Assembly: GCA_951406725.2 (NCBI GenBank)
Contig: OX597831.1
Span: forward strand, 48,050,001-48,114,000
Direction: 5' to 3'
From: Octopus vulgaris
Taxonomy: Eukaryota
Length of the DNA stretch: 64,000 nt
This document shows, one piece after another, positions 1-14,289 of this stretch (position 1 is the stretch's first letter; each line of letters opens with the position of its first letter). The notes beneath the pieces are model-generated. The model saw only the letters and a program-made list of their open reading frames with translations, did not search any database and had not been told where the DNA came from. Position numbers and translations under genes: made by a program.

Positions 1-954
1 TATATAGAAAAGATTAAGCAATATATATTCATTGTTTAGCCTTTCCCCAGCCATATGCTTCCCTACTACCCTCTCACTCTTGGCTTCTGTACTTAACAGT
101 TATTTTTATCTCTCACTTTTTCACTATTTGCATATTTTTTCAACAGCTCCAAACATTATTCTTAACAGTGGAATAATATCCATAACTATCTTCACCTGAC
201 ATCTATTTTTTTAAATCTTGCTATTGTAATCATCATCTGTATTTTTCTTGACCTAAATCTTCTCTTGTATTATTCTTCCTTATCTTAATTTCATTTTCTT
301 TTCTATTCTTCATTTCCCAAATTTCCAGTTGCAGTTCTTCCTTCTCCTTTTTCTTATTCCTATCCTTTCTTAATTCCTTCTGTCACGAACAACACTGCTG
401 CCCAATCTCACCCTTGCCAAACATCCTCCTGCTTATATCCAGCATCTACATCACCTAGTCAATCCTACTAATTCAAAACTGAAGCATTTTTTACTCAGTT
501 ATCATTTAAATATCTTTAAACTTTTCCACCTTTGCTATTCACGCTCATCTAGCCAGCCATCTCCATCTTCCTTCATAAAGCTCTTTCACTCTTAGACCTC
601 TACTCTACATAGTTATCTTAATGTTTGCTTTTCATTCAATATCAATACATTTTTATACCTGCAACTACTACCTTCACCCTATCTCTAGTTGTTTTTCAAT
701 CTTACTTTTGCTTTCTTCGTCCATATCATTTAAATTTTGTAATTATTATTTTTATTTCTATAAGTTTTGTACTTTTTCCTGGTTCCATTTATCAGTTTTA
801 CAATTTTTTTTCAAATATTCTTATTTTCATTTGTAATATCATTACTAAGATAATTATCAGTATCCTTATCATTGTTTTCTGTTCTTTTCTCTGTCCCATC
901 TCTTTGTTTATAATATATATATATATATATACACACACACATCCAAATGTATTT

Positions 955-1300
955 GTTGCCAGGCCTGCCTTACTGGCTCTGGTTCCAGTGGCACATAAAA
1001 AGCACCAACCGATCATGACAGATACCAATACCCACTTACTGGCTCCTGTGCTGGTGGCATGTAAAGAGCACCATCTAAACATGATCATTGCCAGGCCCGC
1101 CTTACTGGCCCCTGTGCTGGTGGCATGTAGAAAGCACCCACTACACTCAGAATGGTTGGTGTTAGGAAGGGCATCCAGCTGTAGAATATCTGCCAGATCA
1201 GATTGGTGCCTGGTGCAGCAGCTGGCTCTCCAGACCTCAGTCAAACCGTTCAACTCATGCCAACATGGAAAATGGACGTTAATTGATGATGATGATGATG
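955..1300 (+). mobile_element. RTE-type 3' tail / RTE-tailed SINE with internal ~65-bp tandem repeats and (GAT)n tail
   Basis: Three imperfect units (cttactggc..gtggca..aaagcacc), then gtt-aggaagggcatccagctgtagaa...caactcatgccaacatggaaa...(gat)n. The same tail recurs at 32676, 55165, 57140 and 61650. Confidence 0.7.
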
Positions 1301-1479
1301 AGGAGGAGGAGGAGGATATCCAAGGTGTGATTTTTCCCCCCTAAAACAAATGCCACATGGGCAAAATCTTTGAGTAGGAGATAGTGCCACACATTTTGTA
1401 CAGGTGAGAAAATTTTCATGACAGCAGGCCACATCAATTTCCAATTGTTATGCCTAAGGTATAAATACATAGTGTGCAT

Positions 1480-1720
1480 TCGTTGGATTTTCACTAAATG
1501 TATCAAGCAGAGATATTCCATCAAGTTTTGCCAGAAGCTTGGTGATACTCAAGCTAAAACCATCCAGAAGATTCAGCAGGCCTTTGGCAATGATGCCACG
1601 GGCAAAACTCAGATCAAGGAGTGGTACAACTCCTTCAAACATGGCTGTACCTTAATAGAGAGAAAGGTATGCTCATGTAGGCTATTCACAAGCTGAAACA
1701 AAGAGCTGATTGAGAAGGTT
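1480..1720 (+). pseudogene. mariner-type transposase N-terminal HTH fragment
   Basis: Translation QRYSIKFCQKLGDTQAKTIQKIQQAFGNDATGKTQIKEWYNSFKHG matches the mariner N-terminal pattern (QR..IKF...G...W...FK.G). No catalytic domain follows. Confidence 0.75.
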
Positions 1721-4424
1721 TGGCATATATGCAGTCGTGTGCATGCACGTGTGTGTAAATGTACACACACAAACAAACACATTCTGAACAAAATCTAATA
1801 TAGAATAAAAGGATGATTCCTAATCTTTTACCTCAAGAGACAACTTCTATAGTGCTGGTTGCATGCCAAAATGCACTCATACTGGCATTGAAAATGGAGG
1901 TGTGCATGCATGCATCTACATGTGTCTGTTTGGATATATACGAACCCACACACATATAGTGATTTAAGAATCCAGAAGTCCTAAAAAAATATGCACTCAT
2001 ATATTTGTCAGCATAGTGGATATATTAATCACAGTGTACAGTATTGAATATATATTACAGTTGATATTTATAAGTTTTGCACTGGATGTTAGATAACAAT
2101 ATGGTTACTTAACACCATGTGCTCATCAGAGCGACCAGGTATGAAAAATATAATGTGGGAAAAGTTGAAACAAACTGAACAAGGCTTATTTCAAAGGTTA
2201 TGTCCCTATCACTGCCTGACAATTGATATTGACTTATTTACATCACTGTAACCTAGTGGTTCAGCAAAAGTGATTAACAGATTAATTCTCAGACTTAAAT
2301 ATATGTATGGGGGTCAATTTGTTCAACTAAGCCCTTTAAATTAATGCCCCAGCATGGCCAAAGTTTAATGATTGAAATAAGTTAAAAAGATAAAATCAAT
2401 TATTTAATTAATTAATTAATTTTTCAGAATTAGAAAATTTTCAATTCTTCTACAGCTGTTAACTATAATGGAGTACTACTCTTACATCTACAGCACTACT
2501 ATTGATTTCAAATTTTGGTACCAAGCCAACAATTTCTGTAGAGGGGACAAGTTGATTACATCGACCCTAGTATTAACTGGTGTTTATTCTTCCCAAGAGG
2601 AAGAAAGGCTAAGTCAACCTTGGTAGAATTTGAACTCAGAACACAAAGACTGATGAAATGCCACTAACTATTTTGCCTGGTCTGCTAACTATGCTGCCAG
2701 CTCTACTGCAATATAAAGATGCTCTACACAACACCTAAGGAAGGGCCATTTGCTTGGCCTAAAGTCACTCATCATTGTATTCCAACCTCCCACTCACAGA
2801 TCCCTTTTCTCTTCTGCCTTTTCTTTCTCCTACTAAAGTTGACTCTTTTCTTTTGCATCGGCAATCTCATGCTAATTCAACCAAGACACTTTTGACTATA
2901 TTCATGACTCTCTCTTCTTATTACTATTATTCACTCCCCTCATCTAGCCCTCTGACTATTCCTTCCTCCCCAGAATGTCTGTTGTTCTGGAATATATATC
3001 ATTCTTGCAGCTATTAACTTGAAAATATTCAGGAGTGTTAACCATATCGGTCTCCATGGTTCTAGAGAAACTTGTGAACACAACATCCTCCTCCTAATCA
3101 AATGTACCTTGCTCTACATCATTTATTCCTCTCTCATTCTTAACAAAACTGAATAAAATAACATGTATAAGGCTGTATGTATATTTTGTATGTGATGGTT
3201 TTGATCTTGAAGAAATCTTTTAAGACAGCATTTATAAGGCTTATATGTGTTTCAGTGTGCAAATAGACTTAAGGTTTCCTACCATATGAATTCTTTTCAT
3301 TCTTAGCTCCAAGATTAGGTTTTGCTATTTGAATCAAGTTTGCTCGGTATGAAGTTTGCTATTTTGCATCTTTAAAAATATACAGATGAATGGTCTTTTC
3401 TAGAACATCAACAGCTTATATCAAGATTGATGTATTTGGTATCTTCATAATTTCTTGACATTATGCAGATTTACTGTACTTCAGTGAAAGTTTCATAATT
3501 TAGAATTTATGATTTACATCTGATGTTGGTACAGCATTCATTTCCGATTGTATTCAGCTATAATGTATTATGATTGAAATCTTTACAATCATTTCAGATC
3601 TTAGACAAAATTGATTTCATATTTCCTTGAAATAAAGGTGGTGAGCTGACCGAATCATTAACACACTGGACAAAATGCTTAGTGATCTTTCTTACTGGTT
3701 CTTTATATTCTGAGTTCAAATTCCACTGAGATTAACTTCACTTTTCCTCCTTTCAGGGTCAAAATACCAGGTGAGGGCTGGGGATTGATATAATTGAGTA
3801 ACCCCATCCCCAAAATTACAGGCCTGGCAGTAGAAAGACAATTATTACCTTAAGGCATTGTTTGTTTTCAACTCCCAGCAGTTCAGATCTATTGCATCGA
3901 AGAAAAACTTATGACTCCTGGTGGTTCATTACTCCACGCTGTCCTTAAATGGAGTTCCTCACATAAGTATTTTGCTTTCATACTTCATGGTTATTAATTT
4001 GCTCTCAGGTATCCGGCATTTAGAAGCAATGTATATTTTACATATTTTAGCTGTGAGAAGTAATCTGTGAGTGTTGGACTTATTGTTTACCATAAACATC
4101 ACGGTACTATCTAAATGTTTTTGCCTTACAATAGAGACCATTCAAATTTTAATCTGCTATTATTTTTTTCATTCAACTAGTTGGCATGTATCAGATTATT
4201 TATCATCATATGCATTGAAAGCATCCTCTCAGCATGGATTCACAGTAATAGCAGCTATATGCAAATAGGTGTTGGTTGTACAAAAAAACTGTTATCGCTT
4301 GTTTTCACTTCGTGCATAGCATTATTGATATCGTTGACAAGATTCAGTATAACACAAATTGATTTTTATCTAATTTTTGTCAATAGTGATATTTATGTAA
4401 TGTAGCTGAATTCTGATCAGTTAT

Positions 4425-4489
<65 letters not shown>

Positions 4490-4495
4490 CCTAAA

Positions 4496-4531
<36 letters not shown>

Positions 4532-5837
4532 CATACAAATATATAAACACAGACACATACACACACACATATATACATATATATATATGTATTTATATAT
4601 TATATATATATACATATATACATACATATATATATATTTATATATATTTATGTGTGACCTAAAAATATATATACATAGTATGTTATATGTTGTGTGTGTG
4701 TGTGTGTGGTTTTGAAGTTACTAATTCATAGGAGCATTCATGGAGAGACCATTTAGAACAGAGAAATCAATCCACAAAGTCTGACTATCAAAATATTTTA
4801 TCAAAAGGCAGTGTGTCTGACGAAATTATATTTTATTTTACATAGAAGCATATCAAAGGTTCCAGGCAAAATGATTCCAAGTAGTTTGTCTGCATAGTTT
4901 CAGGTTCATTCCCATTGGACAAATGTCTTCTGCTACAGCCCTGAGTTGACCAAAGCCTTGTGAGTAGGGTTGGTATAGGGAGACTGAACGAAGCCTGTTG
5001 CGTGTGTGTGTGTGTGTGTGTGTGCAAATGTATCTGTAGGTGTTTGTATCTTCTTGCCTTCACACGATTGGTTGTAAATGAATGCCTTTCTTGTCCAATA
5101 TCCCATGAAATTACGTCTGGCTATGGGGAAATATAACCTTTCCAGGAAACAGGTGAAGGTTGGCAGTAGGAAAGGCATCCAGTCACAGAAAATCTCCCTC
5201 AACAAACTCTATGCAAGCATGGAAAAAATATGTTAAAATAATGATTATGATAATGCATATGCATGTGTGTGTATGTGTGTGTTACATGCAAGCATGCCCA
5301 AGTGCTTAAGATGTTTGCTTCTCAATCATGAAGCCTTTGGTTCAATCCACTGCATAGCATCTTCAGCAAGTGTCTTTCACTGGATGGCCACTTCAGGTTG
5401 TTCCAAGCTTTGGGAGTGAAATAGAGTATATGAAAACAGTATAGGAGCCCATTGGATAGATTTTTATCAGTAATTTAAAGGCTCAAAATTGCCCCAGATC
5501 ATACTATGTTGATTCAATCTGAAAATTATATTAAGAGTGGACTTGACTAAAGATAATCAAGGTGTCAGATGGTGGTCAGATGGTGGTGTTAAAACAGATG
5601 ATCAATTAAATCTACAACTCAAGTCCTTGATGACTTATGTTGTGTTAATCACTTCATTAAGTATATGAAAGATGAATCAGGGCCTGAGTTGTTTCTATCA
5701 AACATCTTGCTTTAGTTTTGTCAATAAAGAGAAAACTGATAGAAATCCTATTTCAAAATTGGTAGTAGGAAAAGTGGGTACTTATTAATAACAGTTAGAG
5801 CTATTACTCTCATAATATAAAAGAAAAAAGAATAAAT

Positions 5838-6009
5838 GGGTGTAGGAGTGGCTGTGTTGTAAGTAGCTTGCTTATGAACCACATGGTTCCGGGTTCAGTC
5901 CCACTGCTTGGCACCTTGGGCAAGTGTCTTCGACTATAGCCTTGGGCCAACCAAAGCCATAGACGGAAGATGAAAGAAGCCTGTCGTATATATGTGTATA
6001 TATATATAG

Positions 6010-6059
<50 letters not shown>

Positions 6060-6286
6060 TTGTGTGTCTGTGTTTGTTCATCCCGGCATCGCTTGGCAAC
6101 CGATACTGATGTGTTTACATCCCTGTAACTTAGCGGTTCCGCAAAAGAGACTGATAGAATAAGTACTAGGCTTACAAAGAATAAGTCCTGGGTCGATTTG
6201 CTTGACTAAAGACAGTGCTCCAGCATGGCCACAGTCAAAATGACTGAAACAAGTAAAAGAGTAAAAGAGTAAAAGAGTAAAGAGTA
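5838..6286 (+). mobile_element. tRNA-derived SINE family A with internal (TA)/(TG) microsatellite and (aagagta)n tail
   Basis: Head ggagtggctgtg..gtaagtagcttgc..ggttcagtcccactg (A/B-box-like), conserved body and tail; about ten copies in the window. Confidence 0.85.
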
Positions 6287-6885
6287 AATAACCCCACTCC
6301 CCCCCCAAAACATACTATACATGCTAGCATGGATACGTTTGGATCTATATAAATATATGTATTTATATATATTTATTATATCTGTTACTAGAAGATCTGG
6401 TACATGCAATTCAGATTAGCCCTCATGAAAATAATTCAGCTTTGATTAAACATATCACTCTACATTTTGTATTGAGTACATTTCTTCATGTTTATATGCA
6501 CTAACACTCATTCACACCTCTATAGTATATATATGTGTGTGTGCGAGTATGTATATATATATATATATATCAGCACCCAGCACACTTTGTGGTTGGTATA
6601 GGGAAGGGTATCAAGATATACAAAACATGCCAAAGCTGTCTCTGGAGCACAATGTAGCTAGAAGACCGATGGTATTTTGTCAAAGCATCGAAGCCATGCC
6701 AGCATGGAAACATACATGTCAAATGATGATGATGGGGATAATACAAAGATACAAATTTGTGTATCTGTGTGCATATATAGATATATATATATATCGTTGG
6801 TAAATCATAAATCTGAAAAAGAAATACACTCTAAGTTATAGAGCAGAATACTATATAAATATAGATAGATAAGGCCAACAGGTTT

Positions 6886-6946
6886 AGGGTTTGATGATAT
6901 ACTATAAAGCTAAGTGCATTATGGACATGAAACCCAGTGTAATCCC
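6886..6946 (+). ncRNA. degenerate type I hammerhead ribozyme
   Basis: gggt-TTGATGA-[..tataa..ttatgg..]-GAAAC-ccagt-GTA-atccc. Stem I gggt/atcc pairs, C3 is changed to T and stem II is imperfect. It lies in a (TA)n-flanked island. Confidence 0.4.
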
Positions 6947-6957
6947 ATAGACCAGTC

Positions 6958-7044
<87 letters not shown>

Positions 7045-7085
7045 CACATACATACATACACATACATGCATATATACATACACAC

Positions 7086-7147
<62 letters not shown>

Positions 7148-7173
7148 GTATGTTGTATGTATATATATGTAAA

Positions 7174-7410
7174 CAGGGTGGCCCAACAGTAGGATTACGG
7201 TTATCATGTAGGCACCTTAAATTTCATTTAAAACATTTTATTACATTCAGATTTCTATCTTACCAACTGAAAAAGGGAGCTTGACAAAATTAACCCAATT
7301 AGAATAGAATAATGGTTACATAGTTTTTCTATAATTAAGATCTAAACTGTTAATATATGAACACGAAAGAGATAGCTGAATAACTATAAACCTACTTTTG
7401 GGCCACCCTG
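7174..7410. mobile_element. Tc1/mariner-type MITE
   Basis: TIRs cagggtggcccaacagtagg / cctacttttgggccaccctg, followed by TA; non-coding interior. Confidence 0.85.
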
Positions 7411-7959
7411 TATTTATATACATATATATATATATATATATAAATATATATAAATATACTACATACAAACACACACACACCTATGCACAAATATATGCAT
7501 AACAGATGCACAAATGAATATTAAGATATAACTTCTTCCTTCTGGTAGCAATTCTATGAAAGTATTTTCCCTGTATCAATAATATTTCTTTACATTCTAT
7601 CTGCAATAATAAAATTCAGAAGTCCTTTGACACCTCCATATCTTGCTACTCTTATCTTCTGTATGAAGGTGTATATCAATGTAATGTTGCTTGTTATTGC
7701 TATAATATATTTTTTTTATCTCTACATCATGTGAATGAAGATGTAGCCATAACTGGTTCCATATGATATTATTTGAGATTGTTTACTTAGTTTCCATTCA
7801 GCAATCGGTATAATTTGCTTTTAGTTTGCTCTTGTTGGTTTGACTCATATTGTAACTACTCTTGCTTTACACTATTTTCCACATTTCTCTCTCTCTCTCT
7901 CTTTCTCTGCATCTGTCTCCTTATATATATATATACATACACACAGACACACACACACA

Positions 7960-7995
<36 letters not shown>

Positions 7996-8352
7996 GACAC
8001 ATGCATGGGTGCACACACACATACACACACACGCAAACAAAACAAGCACACATGGACTTTAGGTTAGTTAAAATATGTTTCTGACATATTCCAACTTCTA
8101 AAGGCAAATTCGCAGCAGTTACCATGGAGAAAATTTCTTTCTTATAGTAAAAGGTGTGAAAACACTATATCTGTCAAGTGTTGCCCTCTATCAGATTTCC
8201 ACTCATGTTTCTAGCTCTTTAGCCTTTATCAATGGGAAATATCAAAGAGCGGTAACTATGGGCAAATTTTAAAACATTGACTGAGTTGTGCTTAGACCAC
8301 CAGGTCAGAAGAAATTCAATAGTATTTAGGCATAAGTGGACTCACACACACA

Positions 8353-8388
<36 letters not shown>

Positions 8389-8699
8389 TGTGTGTATATA
8401 TATATATATATATTCTTTTATTATTTTACTTATTTCTGTCAATTGACTGCTGCCATGCTTGAGCTCTGTCAAACAAATTGATCCCAGGACTTATTTTTTT
8501 AAAGCCTAGTACTTATTCTATCAGTTTTTCTTTTTTTGCTGAACTACTAAGTTATGGAGATGTAAACACACAAACACCAGTTATCAAGTGGAGATGGGAA
8601 CAAACATACACAAATGCACACGCACTCATACACACACACACACACACAAGCCCACATATACTATAATTATGTATTTATTCATTGAAGATGAGAATAGAA

Positions 8700-8985
8700 T
8701 ATGGAGATTGGGAAGTTAATAGTTGTTTATTATCAACAAGTCAATCATTCTCCCCTACAGCTGTTTCAATTAATAGTCAGTGAATTAATTGAATATTAAA
8801 TTCATATGCCCTGAGCATAATATCTTCATAGGGAAAAATATATACCCTTGGATGTTTTGATATATGTGTTTACGGATTCATTATAGCAGACTGATTCAGT
8901 CTGCTATTAATTAAAACAGCTATAAGGGAGGATGACTGGTTTATTTTCGATAATAAACAATTATTAACTTCCCAATCTCCATTTT
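8700..8985. repeat. imperfect inverted repeat, PLE-like foldback insert
   Basis: atggagattgggaagttaatagttgtttattatc pairs with gataataaacaattattaacttcccaatctccat. The left arm carries GAAACAGCTGTA on the minus strand. Confidence 0.7.
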
Positions 8986-9752
8986 CTTTTTTCTTCTATA
9001 ACTTCTATATGAATATAAACTATATGGTTTTATATGCATACCTATTATTTTAAGGAAATCAATTCCCCCTAAATATTAGGAATTGAACCAGTATTTCCTT
9101 GGATTACACCATCCCTTCATGAGGCTAACATAACCTCTAATTAAATTCAGGAAGGACTGTTTTAACGAAGTCGTGCCATGTCCCAACCTTCAAAACGCAG
9201 AGCAGAAAAAACATGCGACAACAGAAGAAGGGATTGTTCTTTATGTTGCCTGTCTTGTCTCTTTATTTGTTTCTTTCATTGTTCGAAAAAATGTTCGTTT
9301 TCCATGTTTTTATTATTTTATGTTCTCGTTTTTCATTTTGTTCATGTTCTGAAACAGGTGATGTCCTCTAATTCCATAAAAGAAACCTGTCCATGTGTCT
9401 ACACCTACTATATGTGTGTTTATGTGTGTGCGTGTGTGTTTCTTTACATCTGTGTTGGCATATCTGTGTACCCTTAACTTAGCAGTTCAGCAAAAGAATC
9501 AGACATAATGAATACCAGACTTAAGAAAAAATAAATAAATGCAGAGGTTGAATGGCTTGACTAAAGATATTCTAATGTTTTAGAGTAAGGTAACTGGAGA
9601 ATAGAGTGTAATGTCAATTAATGTACGACAAAAGAAGAACTCTGAGCACATTGCTTCTTGCAACAGAAACAACTGTTAGCTAATGAACATGATTGCATAA
9701 CTCTTGTTCTTTTGTCATTCATTCATTTATATATATATATAAATACATACAA

Positions 9753-9785
<33 letters not shown>

Positions 9786-10727
9786 CATGCATACATACAT
9801 ATATATATATATATACATACATATATATATATATGGACGTGAGTAAATTCGGTTGCTATTATTTCAAATGAGAAGATAACTTTTCTTCTTTCCCCATCCT
9901 CAGACAAAAATCAAGACATTACATTCGTTTCTCTTCAAACCATCTTCTCTGGATTTCCTCTTCACTGATTTTTGTTGACACAGAACATCACCAATTTCCT
10001 TGCATTCTAGAATTTAATCGATATCAGTTAGTTACGTTAAACGTGAACGCTTTCTATCAGATTTAATTTCTTGTTGCATAATGTAATGTTTAGAAAAGCT
10101 GCTTTGCTTTTACCTTTTAATTTTATGGTTAGTGAGATGGATGTTGTATCTGTTTGTTCATTTGTTTTGCATTTATTTGTCTGTGCTACAGTGGGTTAAA
10201 CAATTATATATTACTAAGACATTGTTTTTGTAGCCAGGTGCCTTTCCTGTCATTAACCCTCGTCTGATTTTCAAGTGTGGGTATTTTCATTCTAGTTCTT
10301 TTGAAAGTGCAGAGCTGTTGGATGATTGGTTAATAGGGAAATGTCAACAGTGTCACCCTCTGTTGTTCCGCTGTTTATTGGTTATGCAGAGAATATAAAC
10401 ATTCACATAGATATACACTTTTGGACACACAAACACACATGCATTATGACAAACTTTGTACAGCACTTGTCTATCTAATTTGCATACAGGGTTTGGTTAT
10501 ATCAGGAATATATGTATGTGTACGTGTGTGTGTGTCTATACATATATATATATGTATGTATGTACATTTTGTATGTATATGTGTGTGTGTATGTCTGTAC
10601 ATATGGTATATATATGTATATATATTCATAGTAAATCCCAAAAAAGAAGAACAACAAACAAAAAAAAACAACGCAAAGACATGGTACATGTAAAGTATTA
10701 GCAGATGCTCAGGGAAAGAAAGAAAGA

Positions 10728-10763
10728 TTTTTAACGTTTCGAGCAATGCTCTTCTTCAGAAAC
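10728..10763 (-). ncRNA. minimal type I hammerhead ribozyme (C3-G8 core)
   Basis: Minus strand reads gttt-CTGAAGA-a-GAGC-att-GCTC-GAAA-cg-TTA-aaaa: intact core, perfect stem II and palindromic AACGTT in place of stem III. Same family as 54987-55022. Confidence 0.75.
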
Positions 10764-10856
10764 AGAAAAAACTCCAATGAAAAGGAAGATAGAGGAAGAA
10801 AATTCACATGTGGTTACATTTTGAAAATCATATTCATATATATATGCATATATATA

Positions 10857-10922
<66 letters not shown>

Positions 10923-10942
10923 TATATATATATATATTTATT

Positions 10943-10973
<31 letters not shown>

Positions 10974-11189
10974 GTATATATATATATCATTAATGGTGTG
11001 AAACTGAGTAACATTTTCTGGTTGATAACTGATGAAGAATTAGAGATCTTCTGTGTCTGTCTCTTGTCCAGCTGTACACTCAATATGGATTATATGTTTT
11101 TTACCTGTTGCTTGTTTACTTACAATACATCTCTTCCATCTCTTTTTTCATTGATTTAATGAAACTAAACACTCTGTCTGGGTTCTCAT

Positions 11190-12585
11190 CTAGCCCGCCC
11201 AACCTCTCCTCAGTTTCCTTATAGATCTCACAACTACCCTCTTTGCACAATTTTTCATGTTATTAGACCTGGCTTTTATTTGCTCAATCCTATTATTACA
11301 TAAAGCTTTGTGTGTTTCCTTCTTCCTTGCTATCGCATCCCTCACCTCTGTGTTCCACCACCACATATCTCCTCGATCTCTCCTAACTTTCGTTCTTCCA
11401 TACACTTCGTCACATGCCTTTAGCACCCCTACTTTAAAAGACTTCCACAAATCCGGTACTTCAATACTTTCCAACTCCCCAACTCTCTCCTCAAACTTTG
11501 CTCTTGTTTCTTCTTCCTTCAGTTTCCACACCTTTCTCATCTCAGCCGTTCCCTTTCTCATGCATTTTTTAATTTTCCTCTTGTCAAAGTCAGCAACCAC
11601 CAACCTGTGCTGCAACCCCCTGGTATCATCTTCACATCTCTCAGATACTTTCTGGTTTTCCTGCCAACCAACGCAAAATCAATCTCTGTCTCATTTCCTC
11701 CTGCACTGAAAATCATCTTCCTTTTCTCTGTTTTCCTAAACCATGTGTTCACCAGATACAACTCTTTCTCATCAAAAAACTCTAACAGCACCCTTCCTTC
11801 TACAATTCTCTCTCCAATTCTATTTCCCCCATGCACACCCTCAAAGCAACTGGGTCCATTTCCCAACATGTCCCTTAAAATCACCCATGCCCAAAACCAA
11901 TTCATCCACCTTTTATAAGTCCCACTCATTTGCCATTTCATCAAAGAACTGCTCTTTCTCAGTGATCTCTCTACCACTTTGCGGACCATGCCCACAAATC
12001 ACCCTCACCAATTCTTCCTCAAATGCTAACACTACTGTCATCACTCTGCCACTCTTTCTCCTGACCTCCACCACCTTCTCACAGATTTATTCCTTCAGCA
12101 AAACTCTCACACCTCCAGTCTCCTTCTTATCTTCTGACCACCACAACTTGTACATTCTTCCCTTGACCTCCACAAATCTTGCACCCTGGCCCCTCCAAGC
12201 TCACATCCACCCTCCTCTTCTTCAATTCCTCACACATCTCAGTTCCCCTTCCATGCAGACTGCCCACATTCCAACTTCCCAAGCTTCTTCTCAAGCCGTC
12301 GGCCATCATAAGGCAAGTCATGCTCACGCAACCCAGGATGAGGGTTTGCACCTTCCTTTTTGAGGTAGGCAGGTGCAGCTCAACCCACTCTTTGGCTGGC
12401 TAGCTGGCTGGCTCTCAGGCTGGTGCCCATTCTCCTTTGCTATTATCATGAGGCTTTTCAGAGCTGGATTTTCTCTGGTTACCCCCAACTTCAGTTTCTA
12501 GACATGAGTGGTCCCAAGACCAAGGCCTCTACCAGGATTTTTAAGAAATGTGGTGGACAACTAGCTCAGGAAGGCAGGGAGGCTA
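11190..12585 (-). pseudogene. RTE-clade LINE 5' portion: 5'UTR, APE endonuclease and linker, frameshifted
   Basis: Motifs GSWNVGSLHGRG, GNRIGERIVEGRVLLEFFDEKELYLVNTWF, ETEIDFALV, QHRLVVAD and WWWNTEVRDAIARKK are spread across several frames. Confidence 0.85.
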
Positions 12586-12751
12586 CTCACTGAGACTCCT
12601 TTTGGAGGTCCCCTATATAAGTATATATATATATATATATATATATCTGTGTGTGTGTGTATAGACGTGTGCATGTGTTTATGTGTGTGTGTGTGTGTAT
12701 AGATGTATGCATGTGTTTATATATATGTATGTATGTGTGTATATATATCAT

Positions 12752-13090
12752 AACATGACAATTTAGCACCTGACAATTCAGTGCAGAGCATCTTACTGAA
12801 CTTAGGTAAAAGTTATTTCGTATGGGTGTGTGTATATATGTTTAAGTTTGTTTGCTGGCATTTGTTTCATGTATATGTATGCTTTTAGTTTGTGTATAGT
12901 TAATCTATTCCACGACTGCTGTGTTTGTAGGTTGCATGTGTTTTAGATATACAACCAACACCAATATAATGTAATAATAAATTACAAATATCACATGCAC
13001 TGAATTGTCTATGCGCTGACTTATCTAGCACTGAGTCGTCAATGTTTAATTGTCAGTGCTGAATCGTCAGGTGTTGAATTGTCAGTACTC
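12752..13090. mobile_element. foldback-like non-autonomous element with ~15-bp subterminal repeats
   Basis: tgacaatt(t/c)agcacc-like units on the left; inverted gtgctgaatcgtca / gttgaattgtca units on the right. Confidence 0.55.
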
Positions 13091-13097
13091 CATATAA

Positions 13098-13170
<73 letters not shown>

Positions 13171-13175
13171 GTATG

Positions 13176-13241
<66 letters not shown>

Positions 13242-14289
13242 AAAATGTAGCGGTAACAACTGAGAAATGTAAAACAAAAAAGATTTTTTAATGTGTTTAT
13301 ATAAAGAAATTTAAATGTACCTAATTTTAAAAAAGTAGCATTTTCATTCTTCTTTTTCACACACACACACACATACATGTGCGTGTGTGTATGTGTGTTT
13401 GTCCATGTCTGTGTGCGTGTGTCTGTATAGATATATTTGTGTGTTTGAGGGGGGATGTATATATATGTGTATATGTAATTAGCTTATATTTTTGAGTGCT
13501 CAGGTGCACTACAAAAAAAAAAAATATTGAGCTCAGAAGAAGCTATCCTCTTGGCCAACTAATGCAAAAAGTCAATTATGTACTTTACAACTTCTATGTC
13601 AGTGTAAGACTTTGTTGTTTTTGCTGTTTCTTAGCCCAGGTTAACCTTGAATTAATGCAAGTAAACCCTAAATTAACAAAGGTTAACTCTGAATAAGCTA
13701 ACCACTCATCAAAATGGAATTGGCAATGTCCTAAGCCTGTTAAACAATACTTCACAGTCAGTGTTTTGACTTAGTGCTTTGAGTTCAAATTCCATTGAGG
13801 TCATTTTAGCCATTCCCCTTTCCAGAATGGTAGATTGGTGAAATTATAAGAATGTTAGATTGGATGCCTTGCGGTATTTGTTCCACACCTTTATATTATA
13901 AGTTCAAATCCTGTTGAGGCCTTCTTAGGTGAAGACTTGATCCAACACCTGTTTTAATACCATCACTTCTATTTGATATCATGGTTGCTTCCAGCAGAGT
14001 CCAAAAAGTCATTTGCAAGTCAGTATTTGAAATAGACATTTAGTATGGAGATGACACCCTCCCTTCTTTACTTACTTCCTACAAGTCTTAAAAAGTTTTA
14101 GACATGGCCTTCCCCCTTGACTTATCATCCTCCTTCTTATCATTTAATATTTGGCAGAATTGTTAGCATGCTGGGAAAACTGCTCAGTGAGATTTCATCA
14201 GTCTTTACATCCTGAGCTCAAATTCTACCAAAGACTTTACATTTTATCCTTTCAGGGTCAGTAAAATAAGTACCAGTTGAACACTGTTG

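Noticed and set aside
1-900. Possible decayed LINE endonuclease on the minus strand
   Set aside because: The purine skew is suggestive, but I could not read convincing motifs.
625-1344. 239-aa hydrophobic ORF
   Set aside because: It runs across T-rich decayed sequence, a microsatellite and an RTE tail; no domain is recognisable.
3870-3990. Possible host exon (VQIYCIEEKLMTPGGSLLHAVLKW)
   Set aside because: No recognisable homology, no clear donor site and no partner exons.
11029-11060. CTGATGA followed by a small hairpin
   Set aside because: No GAAA or NUH follows, so it is not a hammerhead.
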